Below are positions 40,401-54,565 of a DNA stretch of 60,840 bases, in pieces. The notes below the pieces were generated by a model. The model was given only the letters and a program-made list of their open reading frames with translations, was not told the DNA's origin and did not search any database. Numbering within the stretch: the stretch's first letter is position 1; every line of letters begins with the position of its first letter. The position numbers and the translations under genes are program-made. The DNA is from Raillietiella orientalis. Taxonomy: Eukaryota. Location: NCBI GenBank assembly GCA_036172245.1, contig JAYWIR010000059.1:682001-742840 (forward strand), in the 5' to 3' direction.

Positions 40401-43400
40401 CCACCAAAAGATGTAAACTTATAGCATACCGTGAATCAGATCGAATAAAAAATTCACTTTTCAATTCCGAAAGTGGTTGCCATGACAACAACACGGAGTG
40501 CAAAATTCCCCGCCCTAATGAAATGTCGGACTTTTCTTAATCCACCTCTGAAACTAGGAAATCGCAAGGTGGTGCGGTTATCCATGACGGTAGTTTGCCT
40601 TGCGCTGCCAACGGATGCTTCGTGAAAAAGCGCTACAGTGCATGCTGAAATCTCCTCATTTCGAATTGATTACAAACCAGCAAAAGATGTAAATTTGTAC
40701 CACACTATGAATCAGATCGAATTAAATAATTCACTTTCTATTTCCGATAGTGGTTGCCATGAAAACAACACGGAGTGCAAAGTGCACCGCCCTAATGAAA
40801 TGTCGGACTCTTCTTAGTCCACCTCCGAAACCAGTAAATCGCATGATAATGCGATTATCCATGACGGTAGACTGCCTCGAGCTGCCAACGGATGCTTCTT
40901 GAAAAAGCGCAACAGTGCATGGTGAAATCTTCTCACTTCGAATTGATTACAAACCAGCAAAAGATGTAAATTTATACCATACCTTGAATCAGATCGAATA
41001 AAAAAATTCACTTTTTAACTCCGACAGTGGTTGTCATCAAAACAACACGGAGTGCAACGTGTCCCACCCTAATCAAATGTCGGACTTTTCTTAATCCACC
41101 TCTGAAACTAGGAAATCGCAAGGTGGTGCGGTTATCCATGACGGTAGATTGCCTCGCCCTGCCAATGGATGCTTCATGAAGATGCGCAATAGTGTACAGC
41201 TTCATGTCGTGAATGTGCTACTAGCTGCAATTGGATGCTTCTTGAAGAAGCGCAAAAGTGCAATGGTGAAATGTCCTCATTTCGATTTGATTACAAACCA
41301 GCAAAAGATGTCACTTTCCACTACATAATAATTAAGATCGAAGAAAAACATTTTCTTTCCAATTCCGACAGTTGTGACTATGAAAACAACACAAAATTCA
41401 AAGTGACCCGCAATAATGAAATATTCGATTCTTTATAATCATCCTCTGAAACCAGAAAATTGAAAGGATCTGCGGTTATCCATGACGGTAGCATGCCTCT
41501 CGCTGGAAATGGATGCGTGTTGAAGTAGCGTAAAATGAAATGCTGAAATCTACTCCTTCCGAATTGATTACAAACCACGAAAAGATGGAAATTTTGACAA
41601 CATACCAATGAGATTGAAGGAAAGCTTTCCTTTCAAATTCCGACACTGGTTTCCATGAAAACAACACACAGCCCAAAGTGAGCCGCTCTAATGAAATATC
41701 GGATTCCTTTTAATCATCCTCTGAAACTAGAAAATTAAAAGGATGTGCTGTGATCCATGACGGTAGCATGCCTCTCGCTGGAAATGGATGCGTGTTGAAG
41801 TAGCGTAAAATGCAATGCTGAAATCTACTCATTCCGAATTGATTACAATCCCGCAAAAGATGAACATTTGAACCACACAATCGATCAGATCTAATGAGAA
41901 CATTCCCATTCTAATTCCTACGCTGGTTACCAAGAAAACAACACAGACTACAAAGTGCCCCGCTGTAATGAAATGGCGGACTCTTATTCATTATCCTCTG
42001 TAATCAGGAAATTGGAAGCATGGGCGGCTCCATTTCGTAAATGTGCCACTCGCTGCAATTGGATGCTTCTTGAAGAAGCGCAAAAATGCAATGGTGAAAT
42101 GTCCTCATTTCGATTTGATTACAAACCAGCAAAAGATGTAGGTTTCCACCACATAATAATTAAGATCGAAGAAAAAACATTTTCTTTCCAATTCCGACAG
42201 TTGTTACCATGAAAACAACACAAAATTCAAAGTGACCCGCAATAATGAAATATTCGATTCTTTATAATCATCCTCTGAACCCAGAAAATTCAAAGGATGT
42301 GCGGTGATCCATGACGGTAGCATGCCTCTCGCTGGAAATGGATGCGTGTTGATGTAGCGTAAAATGCAATGCTGAAATCTACTCATTCCGAATTGATTAC
42401 AAACCACGAAAAGAAGTAAATTTTCACAACATACAAATTAGATTGAAGGAAAACATTCCTTTCCAATTCCGACACTGGTTTCCATGAAAACAACACATAG
42501 TCCAAAGTGAGCCGCTCTAATGAAATATCGGATTCTTTTTAATCATCCTCTGAAACTAGAAAATTGAAAGGATATGCTGTGATCCATGACGGTAGCATGC
42601 CTCTCGCTGGAAATAATGCGTCTTGAAGTAGCGTAAAATCCAAAGCTGAAATCTACTCATTCCAAATTGATTACAAACCACGAAAACATGGAAATTTTGA
42701 CAACATACCAATGAGATTGAAGGAAAACATTCCCTTTCTAATTCCGACACTGGTTACCATGTAAACAGCACAGAGTGCAGAGTGACCCGCGCTATTGAAA
42801 TTTCCGACTCATCTTAATCATTCTCCGAAACCAGGATGTTGCTACGATGTGCGGCTCGATGTCGTGAATTTGGCACTCACTCCAAATGGCTGTTTCTTGA
42901 GTAAGCGCAAAATTGCAATGGTGAAATCTGCCCATTTCGTATCGATTACAAAGCTGCAAATAATGTAAATTTGGATCACATAATGAATGTGATCGAAGAA
43001 ATACATTTGCTTTCTAATTCCGACAGTTGTTGACATGCAAACAACACAGAGTCAAAATTGACCCGCTCTTATCAATTATTGGATTCTTTTTAATCATCCT
43101 CTGAAACTAGAAAATTGCTACGATGTGCGCTGAATCATGACGGCAGCATGCCTCTTGCTGGGAATAGATGCGAGGTGAAGTAGCGTAAAATGCAATGCTG
43201 AAATCTCCTTATTCCGAATTGATTACCAACCACGAAGAGATGGAAATTTTGACAACATACGAATGAGATTGAAGTTAAACATTCCTTTCTAATTCCGATA
43301 CTGGTTTCCATGAAAACAACACAGACTCCAAACTGACCCGCTCTAATGAAATATTCGATTCTTTATAATCATCCTCTGAAACCAGAAAATTGAAAGGATG

Positions 43401-46400
43401 TGCGTTGATCCATGAAGGTAGGATGCCTTTCGCTGGAAATGGATGCGAGGTGAAGTAGCGTAAAATGCAATGCTGAAATCTCCTCATATGAAATTGATTA
43501 CAAACCAGCAAAAGATGTACATTTGGACCACATAATGAATCATATCTAATGAGAACATTCCCATTCTAATTCCGACGCTGGTTACCAAGAAAACAACACA
43601 GACTACAAAGTGCCCCGCTGGAATGAAATGTCGGACTCTTATTCATTATCCTCTGTAATCAGGAAATTGCAAGCATGGGCGGCTCCATTTCGTGAATGTG
43701 CCACTCGCTGCAATTGGACGCTTCTTGAAGAAGCGCAAAAGTGCAATGGTGAAATGTCCTCATTTCGATTTGATTACAAACCAGCAAAAGATGTCAGTTT
43801 CCACCACATAATAATTAAGATCGAAGAAAAACATTTTCTTTTTAATTCCGATAGTTGTGACCATGAAAACAACAGAGAATTCAAAATGACCCGCAATAAT
43901 GAAATATTCGATACTTTATAATCATCCTCTGTAACCAGAAAATCGAAAGGATGTGCGGTGATCCATGACGCTAGCATGCCTCTCACTGGAAGCGGATGCG
44001 TCTTGAAGTAGCGTAAAATGCAATGCTGAAATCTACTCATTCCAAATTGATTACAAACCACGAAAAGATGGAAATTTTGACAACATACCAATGAGATTGA
44101 AGGAAAACATTCCCTTTCTAATTCCGACACTGGTTACCATGTAAACAGCACAGAGTGCAGAGTGACCCGCGCTATTGAAATTTCCGACTCATCTTAATCA
44201 TTCTCCGAAACCAGGATGTTGCTACGATGTGCGGCTCGATGTCGTGAATTTGGCACTCACTCCAAATGGGTGTTTCTTGAGTAAGCGCAAAATTGCAATG
44301 GTGAAATCTGCCCATTTCGTATTGATTACAAAGCTGCAAATAATGTAAATTTGGATCACATAATGAATGTGATGGAAGAAATACATTTGCTTTCTAATTC
44401 CGACAGTTGTTGACACGCAAACAATACAGAGTCAAAATTGACACGCTCTTATCAATTATTGGATTCTTTTTAATCATAATCGGAAACTAGAAAATTGCAA
44501 CGATGTGCGCTGAATCATGACGGTAGCATGCCTCTCGCTGGAAATGGATGCGTGGTGAAGTTGCGTAAAATGCAATGCTGAAATCTCCTTATTCCGAATT
44601 GATTACCAACCACGAAGAGATGGAAATTTTGACAACATATCAATGAGATTGAAGTTAAACATTCCTTTCTAATTCCGATACTGGTTTCCATGAAAACAAC
44701 ACAGATTCCAAACTGACCCGATTTAATGAAATATCGCATACTTTTTAATCATGCTCTGAAACTAGGAAATTGAAAGGATGTGCGTTGATCCATGAAGGTA
44801 GGATGCCTCTCGCTGGAAATGGTTGCGTGGTGAAGTAGCGTAAAATGCAATGCTGAAATCTCCTCATATCGAATTGATTACAAACCAGCAAAAGAAGTAA
44901 ATTTTGACCACATAACGAATCAAATCTAATGAGAACATTCCCATTCTAATTCCGACGATCGTTAACAAGAAAACAACACAGACTACAAAGTGCCCCGCTG
45001 GAATGAAATGTCGGACTCTTATTCATTATTCTCTGTAATCAGGAAATTGGAAGCATGGGCGGCTCCATTTCGTGAATGTGCCACTAGCTGCAATTGGATG
45101 CTTCTTGAAGAAGCGCAAAAGTGCAATGGTGAAATGTCCTCATTTCGATTTGATTACAAACCAGCAAAAGATGTCACTTTCCACCACATAATAATTAAGA
45201 TCGAAGAAAAACATTTTCTTTCCAATTCCGACAGTTGTTACCATGAAAACAACACAGGATTCAAAGTTACCCGCATTAATAAAATATTCGATTCTTTATA
45301 ATCATCCTCTGAAACCAGAAAATTGAAAAGATGTGCGGTGATCCATGACGGTAGCATGCCTCTCGCTGGAAATGGATGTGTGTTGATGTAGCGTAAAATG
45401 CAATGCTGAAATCTCCTCATTCCGAATTGATTACAAACCACGAAAAGATGGAAATTTTGACAACATACCAATGAGATTGAAGGAAAACATTCCCTTTCTA
45501 ATTCCGACACTTGTTACCATGTAAACAGCACAGAGTCCAGAGTGAACCGCGCTATTGAAATTTCCGACTCATCTTAATCATTCTCCGAAACCAGGATGTT
45601 GCTAGGATGTGCGGCTCGATGTCGTGAATTTGGCACTCACTCCAAATGGGCGTTTCTTGAGTAAGCGCAAAATTGCAATGCTGAAATCTGCCCATTTCGT
45701 ATTGATTACAAAGCTGCAAATAATGTAAATTTGGATCACACAATGAATGTGATCGAAGAAATACATTTGCTTTCTAATTCCGACAGTTGTTGACATGCAA
45801 ACAACACAGAGTCAAAATTGACCCGCTCTTATCAATTATTGGATTCTTTTTAATCATCCTCTGAAACTAGAAAATTGCTACGATGTGCGCTGAATCATGA
45901 CGGCAGCATGCCTCTCGCTGGAAATAGATGCGAGGTGAAGTACCGTAAAATGCAATGCTGAAATCTCCTTATTCCGAATTGATTACCAACCACGAAGATA
46001 TGGAAATTTTTAAAACATACCAATGAGATTGAAGTTAAACATTCCTTTCTAATTCCGATACTGGTTTCCATGAAAACAACACAGACTCCAAACTGACCCG
46101 CTTTAATGAAATATTCGATTCTTTATCATCATCCTCTGAAACCAGAAAATTGAAAGGATCTGCGGTTATCCATGACGGTAGCATGCCTCTTGCTGGAAAT
46201 GGATGCGTGTTGAAGTAGCGTAAAATGAAATGCTGAAATCTACTCCTTCCGAATTGATTACAAACCACGAAAAGATGGAAATTTGCACCACATAGAGAAT
46301 CAGATCTAAGGAAAACATTGTCTTTCTAATTCCGTCTGTGGTTTGCGTGAAAACAACACAGAGTCCAAAGTGCCCAACTCTAATGAAATGTCGGATTCTT

Positions 46401-49400
46401 ATTCATCAATTTCTGCAACTAGGAAATTGGTAGGATGTGCAGCTTCATGTCTTGAATGTGCCAGTCGCTGCAAATGGATGCTTCTTGAAGAAGCGCAAAA
46501 GAGCAATGTTGAAATGTCCTCATTTCGAATTGATTACAAAACAGGAAAAGATGTAAATTTGGACCATTGAATAAATAACATCGAAGAAAACATTCTCTTT
46601 CTAATTCCTAAATTTGTTACCATGAATACGACACAGAGACCAAAGTGACCCGCTCTAATGAAATAACGGATTTATTTTAATCATGCTCTGAAACCAGGAA
46701 ATTGCAAGGATGTGCGTTGATCCATGAAGGTAGGATGACTCTCGCTGGAAATGGATGCGTGGTGAAGTAGCGTAAAATGCAATGCTGAAATCTCCTCATA
46801 TGAAATTGATTACAAACCAGCAAAAGATGTACATTTGGACCACATAATGAATCATATCTAATGAGAACATTCCCATTCTAATTCCGACGCTGGTTACCAA
46901 GAAAACAACACAGACTACAAAGTACCCCGCTGGAATGAAATGTCGGACTCTTATTCATTATCCTCTGTAATCAGGAAATTGCAAGCATGGGCGGCTCCAT
47001 TTCGTGAATGTGCCACTCGCTGCAATTGGATAACTTCTTGAAGAAGCGCAAAAGTGCAATGGTGAAATGTACTCATTTCGAATTGATTACAAACCAGCAA
47101 AAGATGTCAGTTTCCGCCACATAAGAATTAAGATCGAAGAAATACATTTTCTTTCCAATTCGGACTGTTGTTACTATGAAAACAACACAGAATTCAAAGT
47201 GACCCGCTCTAATGAAGTATTCGATTCTTTATGAACATCCTCTGAAATTACAACATTTTAAGGATGTGCGGTGTTCCATGAGGGTAGCATGCCTCTCCCT
47301 GAAAATGGATGCGTGGTGAAGCAGCGTAAAATGCAATGCTGAAATCTCCTCATTCCGAATTGATTACAAACCAGCAAGAGATGTAAATTTGGACTATATA
47401 ATGATTCAGATCTAAGGAAAACATTCCTTTTCTAATTTCGACACTGGATACCATGAGAACAACAGAGACTACAAAGTGCCTTGCTGGAATGAAATGTCGG
47501 ACTCTTATTGATCATCCTCCTAAACCTGGAAATTGGAAGGATGTGCCGCTCCATGTCGAGAATGTGCCACGCGCTGCAAATGGATGCTTCCTGAAGAAGC
47601 GCAAAAGCGCTATGTCTAAATGTCCTCATTTCGAATTGACTACAATCCAGCAAAAGATGTGGATTTGGACCACATAATGAATAAGATCGAAGAAAAGCAT
47701 TCCCTGTCTAATTCTGGCACTGGTTACCATGCTAAGAACACATAGTACAAAGTGCTTCGCGCTATTTAAATGTCCCACTGTTCTTAATCATTCTCCGAAA
47801 CCAGGACATTGCAAGGTTATGCGGCTTATGTCGTGAATTTGACAGTCACTAGAAATGGAGATTTCTTGAAGAGGCGCAAAAGTGTAATGGTGAAATCTGC
47901 TTCTTTTAAATTGATTTAAAACCATCAGAGAATTTAAATTTGGACTACATCATGAATCAGATAGAAAGAAAAAATTGACTTACTAATTCCGAATCTGGTT
48001 ACCATGAAAACTACACAGACTGCAAATTGCCATGGCTTAATGCAATGTGGGACACTTCTTGAATATCCTCTGAAACCAGGAGAGTATAAGGGTGTGCGGT
48101 GATCCATGACGGTACTTTGCCCCTCACTGCAAATGGATGCACCTTGATGAAGGGGAAAGGTGCAATGGTGAAATCTTCTCGTTTCTAATTGCCGAAAATC
48201 CTTCACAAGATGTGAATTCGGACCACATAATGAATCAGATCGAAGGAAAAAATCCTCTTTGTAATTCCGACATTGGTTACCATGAAAAGAACACAGCCTG
48301 CAAAGCGCCCCGCCCCAATGAAATGTCACAATCTTCTTAAATATCCTGTGCAACCGAGAAATTGTAAAGATGTCCTGTGATCCATTACGGTACTTTGCTT
48401 CTCACTGCAAATGGATTCTCATTGAAGAAGGGCAAAGTTGCAATGGTGAAATCTGCTCATTTCGAATTGATTGAAAACCATCAGAAGATGCAAATTTATA
48501 CGACATAATCAATCAGATCGAAGAAGAAAATTTCCTATGTACTTCCGACAATGGTTACCATGAAAACAACACAGACTACAAAGTGCCCCGCCCTAATAAA
48601 TAGTCGGAATCTTTTTATATATCCTGTGCAACCAGGAAATTGTAAGGTTGTGCGGTGATCCATGACGGTACTTTCCCTCTGACAGCAAATGGATCCTCCT
48701 TGAACAAGCGCAAGAGTGCACTGATAGGAAATGCTCATTTCGAATTAATTTAAAACATGCAGAAGATGTAAATTAAGACCACAAAGTGAATCACATCGAA
48801 GGAAAGAGTTCCCCTTCTAATACGGATACTGGTAAATATGAAAACAACCGACTGCTAAGTGCCTAACCCTAATGAAATTTCGGACACTTCTTGAACATCC
48901 TCTGAAACCAGGAGATCATAAGGTTGTGCGGTGATCCATGACGGCACTTTTCCCCTCACTGCAAATGGATGCTCCTTGAAGAAGCGCAAAGGTGCAGAGG
49001 TGAAATCTGATCATTCGAATTGATTGAAAACCATCAGAAGATGTAAATTTCAACCACATAATCAATCAGATCGAAAGAGAAAATTTCCTTTGTAATTCCG
49101 AAACTGGTTACCACGAAAACAACACAGAGTGCAAAGTGGCCCGCCCTAATGAAATGTCGGAATCTTCTAAAACACACTGTGAAACCAAGAAATTGTAAGG
49201 TTGTGCGGTTATCCATGACTGTAGTTTGCTTCTCACGGCAAATGGATGCTCCTTGAAGAAGCGCAAGAGTGCACTGATGGAATATGTTCTTTCGAATTAA
49301 TTGAAAACAAGCAGAACATATAAATTAGGACCACAAAATGAATCACATCGATGGAAAGAGTGCTTTTTCTAATTCCTACACTGGTAACCAAGGAAACAAC

Positions 49401-51868
49401 ACGGACTGCAAAGCGCCCAACCTTAATGAAATGTCGGACACATTTTAAACATCCTGTGAAACCAGGAAATTGTAAGGTTGTGCGGTGATCCCTGACGGTA
49501 CTGTGCTTCCCACTGCAGATGGATTCTCCTTGAAGAAGCGCAAGGGTGCAATGCTGAAATCTGATCATTCGAATTGATTAAAAACCATCAGAAGATGTTA
49601 ATTTCAACCACATAATCAATCAGATCGAAGAAAAAATTCTCTTTCTAATTCCGACACTGGTTACCATGAAAACAACACAGACTGCGAAGTATCCCGCCCT
49701 AATGAAATCTCGCACTCTTCTTAGATATCCTGTGAAGCCAGTCACCTGTAAGGTTGTGCGGTGATCCATGACGCTACGTTGGCTCTGACAGCAAATGGAT
49801 CTTCCTTGAAGAAGAGCAAGCGTGCACTGATGGAATATGCTCATTTCGATTTAATTGAGAAGAAGCAGAACATGTAAATTAGGACCACAAAATGAATCAC
49901 ATCGAAGCAAAGAGTCTCCTTTCTAATTCCGACACTGGTAACCATAAAAACAACCTAATGCAAAGTACGTAACCATAAATAAATGTGGGACTCTTTTTAA
50001 ACATCCTCTGAAACCAGGAAATTGAAAGGTTGTGCGGTGAAACATGACGGTACTTCGCCTCTCACTGCAAATGGTTCCCCCGTGAAGAAAGGCAAAGGTG
50101 CAATGGGAAAGAAGATGAGTTGGAATTGATAAGAAACCCTCAAAAGTTGCAAATTTGCACCACACAATGAATCCGTTCAAAGGAAAGAATTCCCTTTCTA
50201 ATTCCTAGACTGGTTACCATGAAAACAACACAGAACGCAAAGTGCCCAACCCTAATGAAATGTCGGAATCTTCTTAAACATCCTCCGAAACCAGCAGATT
50301 CTAAGGTTGTGCGGTGATCCATGACGGTACTTTGCCCCTCACTGCAAATGGGTGCTTCTCGAAGAAGCCTAAATGTGCACTGATGAAATCTGCTCATTCC
50401 AAATTGATTAAAAACCATCAGAAGATGTGAATTTGGACCACTAAATGGATCAGATCGAAAGAAAAAATTCTCTTTCTATTTCCTTAACCGGTTACCATGA
50501 AAACAACACGGACTGCAAAGTGCCCAACCTTAATGAAATGTCGTCCACATTTTAAACATCCTTTGAAACCAGGAAATTGTAACGTTGTGGGGTGATCCAT
50601 GACGGTACTATGCCTCTCACTGCAAATGGGTGCTTCTCGAAGAAGCCTAAATGTGCACTGATGAAATCTGCTCATTCCAAATTGATTAAAAACCATCAGA
50701 AGATGTGAATTTGGACCACTAAATGGATCAGATCGAAAGAAAAAATTCTCTTTCTATTTCCTTAACCGGTTACCATGAAAACAACACGGACTGCAAAGTG
50801 CCCAACCTTAATGAAATGTCGTCCACATTTTAAACATCCTTTGAAACCAGGAAATTGTAACGTTGTGGGGTGATCCATGACGGTACTATGCCTCTCACTG
50901 CAAATAAATGCACCTTGATAAAGGGGAAAGGTGCAATGGTGAAATCTTCTCGTTTCGAATTGACTAAAATCCTTCACAAGATGCAAATTCGGACCACATA
51001 ATGAATCAGATCGAAGGAAAAAATCCTCTTTGTAATTCCGACATTGGTTACCATGAAAACAACACAGCCTGCAAAGTGCACGCCCTAATGAAATGTCGCA
51101 ATCTTCTTAAATATCCTGTGCAACCAGGAAATTGTAAAGATGTCCTGTGATCCATGACGGCATTTTGCTTCTCACTGCAAATGGATTCTCCTTGAAGAAG
51201 GTCAAAGGTGCAATGGGGAAATCTGCTCATTTCGAATTGATTAAATACCATCAGAAGATGTAAATTTGGACCACAAAATGAATCACATCAAAGGAAAGAA
51301 TTCCCTTTCTGATTGCGACACTGGTAACCCTGGAAATAACAGGGACTGCAAAGTGCCCAACCCTAATGAAATGTCGTGCACATTTTAAACATCCTTTGAA
51401 ACCAGGAAATTGTAACGTTCTGCGGTGATCCATGACGGTACTATGCCTTTCACTGCAAATGGATGCACCTTGACAAAGGGGAAAGGTGCAATGGTGGAAT
51501 CTTCTCTTTTCGGATTGACTAAAATCCTTCACTAGATGCAAATTCGGACCAAATAATGAATCAGATCGAAGGAAAAAATCCTCTTTGTATTTCCGACCTG
51601 TTTACCGTGAAAACAACACAGACTGCAAAGTACCTCGCCCTAAAGAAATGTCGGAATCTTCTTAAATATCCTGTGCAAGCAGCAAATTTTAAGGTTGTGC
51701 GGTGATGCATGACGGCACTTTGTTTCTCACTGCAAATGGATGCTCCTTGAAAAAGGGCAAAGGTGCAATGGTGTAATCCTCTCATTTCGAATTGATTAAA
51801 AACCATCAGAAGATGTAAATTCGGACCACAAAATGAATCAGATCGAAGGAAAAAATCCTCTTTGTAAT
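28484..51868 (-). repeat. Satellite block 2 (reverse polarity; subfamilies A ~28.5-34.4 kb, B ~34.4-41.2 kb, C ~41.2-47.9 kb, D ~47.9-51.9 kb)
   Basis: Monomers read GTGCAATGGTGAAATC on +. Diagnostic words: B GCCAACGGATG and AAACGCAGG; C TAGCATGCCTCTCGCTGGAAATGG; D AAACCATCAGAAGATG. Confidence 0.95.
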
Positions 51869-52609
51869 CAATTCGAAATCAGGAGATTTCACCATTGCAC
51901 TTTTGTGCCTCTTCACGAACCATCCATTTGCAGTGAGTGGCCAATTCACGTCATGGAGAGCCGCAGAACCTCCCAATTTCCTGGTTTCAGAGGATCATTA
52001 TGAAGAGTCCGACATTTCATTTGAATGGGGCTCTTCTGACACTGTGTTGTTCATTTGGGAAACTGTGTCGGAATTAGAAAGGGTATGTTTTCGTTCGATC
52101 TGATTCATTATGTGGTCCAAATTTGCATTTTTTGCTGGTCTGTAATCAAATCTAAATGAGGAGATTTCACCATTGCACTTTTGGGCTTCTCCAAGAAGCA
52201 TCCATTTGAAGCGAAGGGCATATTCACGACATAAAGCCGCACATGCTTTTAATTTCCTGGTTTCAGTGGAGGATGAATAAGGGTACGACAATTTAGTAGC
52301 GCGGGTCACTGTGGACTCTGTGTTGTTTTCATGGTAACCAGTGTCGGAATTAAAAAGGGAATGTTTTTCTTGGATTTGATTTAGTATGTGCTCGAAGTTT
52401 ACATCTTTTCCTAGTTTGTATTCAATTCGAAATGAACTGATTTCACAATTGCACTTTTGCGCTTCTTCAAGAAGCATTTATTTGTATTGAGTGGCAAATT
52501 TGCGACATGGAGCCGCACATCCTACCAATTTCCTGGTTTCATAGGTTGATTAAGATGAGGCCGATAGTTCATTATTGCGGGCCACTTTGGTCTGTGTGTT
52601 GTTTTCATG
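51861..52609 (+). repeat. Satellite block 3 (forward polarity, diverged, about 2.7 monomers)
   Basis: TTTGTAATCAATTCGAAATCAGGAGATTTCACCATTGCAC resumes on +; block ends at GTTTTCATGG (52609). Confidence 0.95.
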
Positions 52610-52638
52610 GGATCCAGGGTAAAGTTCGACGTTTTGAA

Positions 52639-54565
52639 CCGGTCAAGCCGGGGCCTTTATTGACAAATTTACAGCAGTTGCGGTACAAGGCCCGCTGCGG
52701 CCAGTAGTTCTCTGGAGATGTCGAGTGGTCGGTGCATTGACCGTCTGAGCACTTCCCGGCAACGGATGGGGATGTTGAAAAACAAAAATATTGAAAAAAT
52801 AAAAAGTACAAACACTTGTGAATTGGAGTGCCGGGAAGGGATGACTGCCTGTTGCGTGGAGCTTCCATAGTTTGCACGATGCCAACGAGGTCCTGGTACA
52901 GATTTCTTACTTAAGGTCATCGGGATGCTATCTGCAGAAAGCGAGCAGCAAACTGGATGGCATCCGTATTTTTAATATCCTCTGCTTGGTCAGATCCACC
53001 CCAAGCTGCCACGATTCGGCGAACGCAGCAGAGAGCTGCGATTACAGCTGCTGGCTGCAGGGCTTCCCGCACGAAGAGGAGCCGAAAATCGTCTCTGGGA
53101 AGGCTACCTTCCAGGATCCCTAAGGTGAATCCGAAGCGTTCCCGCAGGGACCGCAGGGCAGCACAGTCAATTAAAGGTGCAAGAAAGTCTCCCGCTCCTC
53201 ACACCGGGCAGAGTTTGAGTTTAAACTTCCCTGAGTCAAGTGATCAAGGCGTGCATTGCAGAGGAGTCCCCAGTGCAACAGCATCGGCGCCGACTCTTGC
53301 CATTTTAGGGGAAGGATCCTTGTTTCAGTTATTACTGGGGGCCGCTTCAGGTCAACATTCGTGATGCTGAGCAGCTCGCCTTATTTTTTCAGTCCTTGCG
53401 GAAGGACGCTATGGGTTGTGGCGTCCGCCAGCTGTCTTATTGTCCAACCGCGCAACAATTTTTCGCTGCCTATGATACTACAAGAAACCTGCCACCTTGC
53501 CGTCCGGCTGCTTACGGTTGCCCTACGTAGGAAGTTTAGCACCGTCTACAGGCAGGTCGTCTTTGCCAACGTGCTTCTGCCTGGACACTATCAGGATCTC
53601 GCGTAGAGTGCAGCGGGCGTATCGGCCGCGTCGCAGGCTATTCCATGTCTCGTGGTTCCTCTTATCCACTACCGCCCCCGTGCCAACTGTTTCTTGCAGC
53701 CATGTGCTGGAATTGACGGGCTGCAGATCATTCACGCATTCTCCCTCGCCAGGGTGGCTACTCGTCCGAGGAGAAGGCCGCATCTTCTTGTCTTCCTTCC
53801 ACGACACAATAGAAGAAATGCCAGTCTTCCCGTTGCAGATGAAGGTCTGCCGAGGAGGCGGGCAGGAACACACCAGGGGGTGCTCCACAGCTTGGCTGCG
53901 ATGGCCAAGGTTCGCCATCGTAGCTGAATTTCCATGCGCTCCAGCGTCAGGAGGCCTAGACCACCATCACGACGCGGAGCGCACAAGTCCCTCAGAGGTA
54001 GTTGGGGCCTCCCTTTACCCCAAAGGGTGATGCGCAGGAGGTCCTTCGTTCTCATCTTAATCTCTAAGGGGGCAAGGCAAAGAAAAAGCAAGGGGCGGAG
54101 GATTGAGGCCGCAAATGCGTTCCAAACCGCAGCTTCTTCCGGCAAGTAAAACTTGCCTTCCAGAAACGGGCTGATCGCCGTCTCAACCTTTTGGAGGCAG
54201 TTCGACCACGCTTCCGCAGAAGAATAGTTCCTCAACGGCACACCCAGGTACTCCAGGCACCTGACCTTGAGGATCCCCAAACGGATCCGGTCCTGCTGCC
54301 CAGCCCAGGCCGCACCAACTGGCACCACCATCGACCTCGCTCTGTTCACCGTAAGTAGGGTCCCGCGGCTAAGCAGATCGAAGAAATCCCCGACCGCCTT
54401 CGCCGGGGTGTACATAGGTAAGAGGAGCAGTAGATCGTCGGCATACGTTGCTACGGCTGGCGTGCCGATGCACGAGCTCGGCAAGGGGGCCAAATCACCC
54501 TATACACTCTCAGCACCAACACAAAGTAGGTGATAAAGAGCAAGGGACTGAGGCTGTCGCCCTGC
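52639..54565 (-). mobile_element. L1/Tx1-type LINE segment 1: 3' half of RT, C-terminal domain and 3' UTR (disrupted)
   Basis: QGDSLSP at the 54565 breakpoint, ATYADDLLLLL, YLGVPL, LCAPRRDGGLGL and a frameshifted zinc finger near 53.2 kb. AATAAA on the minus strand at 52661-52656. Co-linear with the copy at 59.0-60.7 kb. Confidence 0.93.

Larger units (their letters stand above)
23607..52609. repeat. Tandem satellite array, ~278-bp monomer, about 104 copies
   Basis: Landmark TTCACGAAGCATCC recurs every 276-278 bp (for example near 25051, 25328, 25604, 25882, 26160, 26436). The consensus begins GTAATCAATTCGAAGTGAGGAGATTTCACCATTGCAC and ends ATTTACATCTTTTGCTGGTTT. Confidence 0.98.

Noticed and set aside
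23607..52609. Dozens of similar 60-170 aa ORFs (e.g. MLREEAQKCNGEIS..., MLVCNQFEVRRFHHC...) as a tandem gene family
   Set aside because: They occur on both strands and in all frames. The 278-bp unit is not a multiple of 3, and stops and indels are scattered. They are by-products of the satellite; a dN/dS test across monomers would settle it.
23607..52609. CRISPR-like or integron-like array
   Set aside because: The entire unit is repeated, with no unique spacers or cassettes, and no cas or integrase gene is present.
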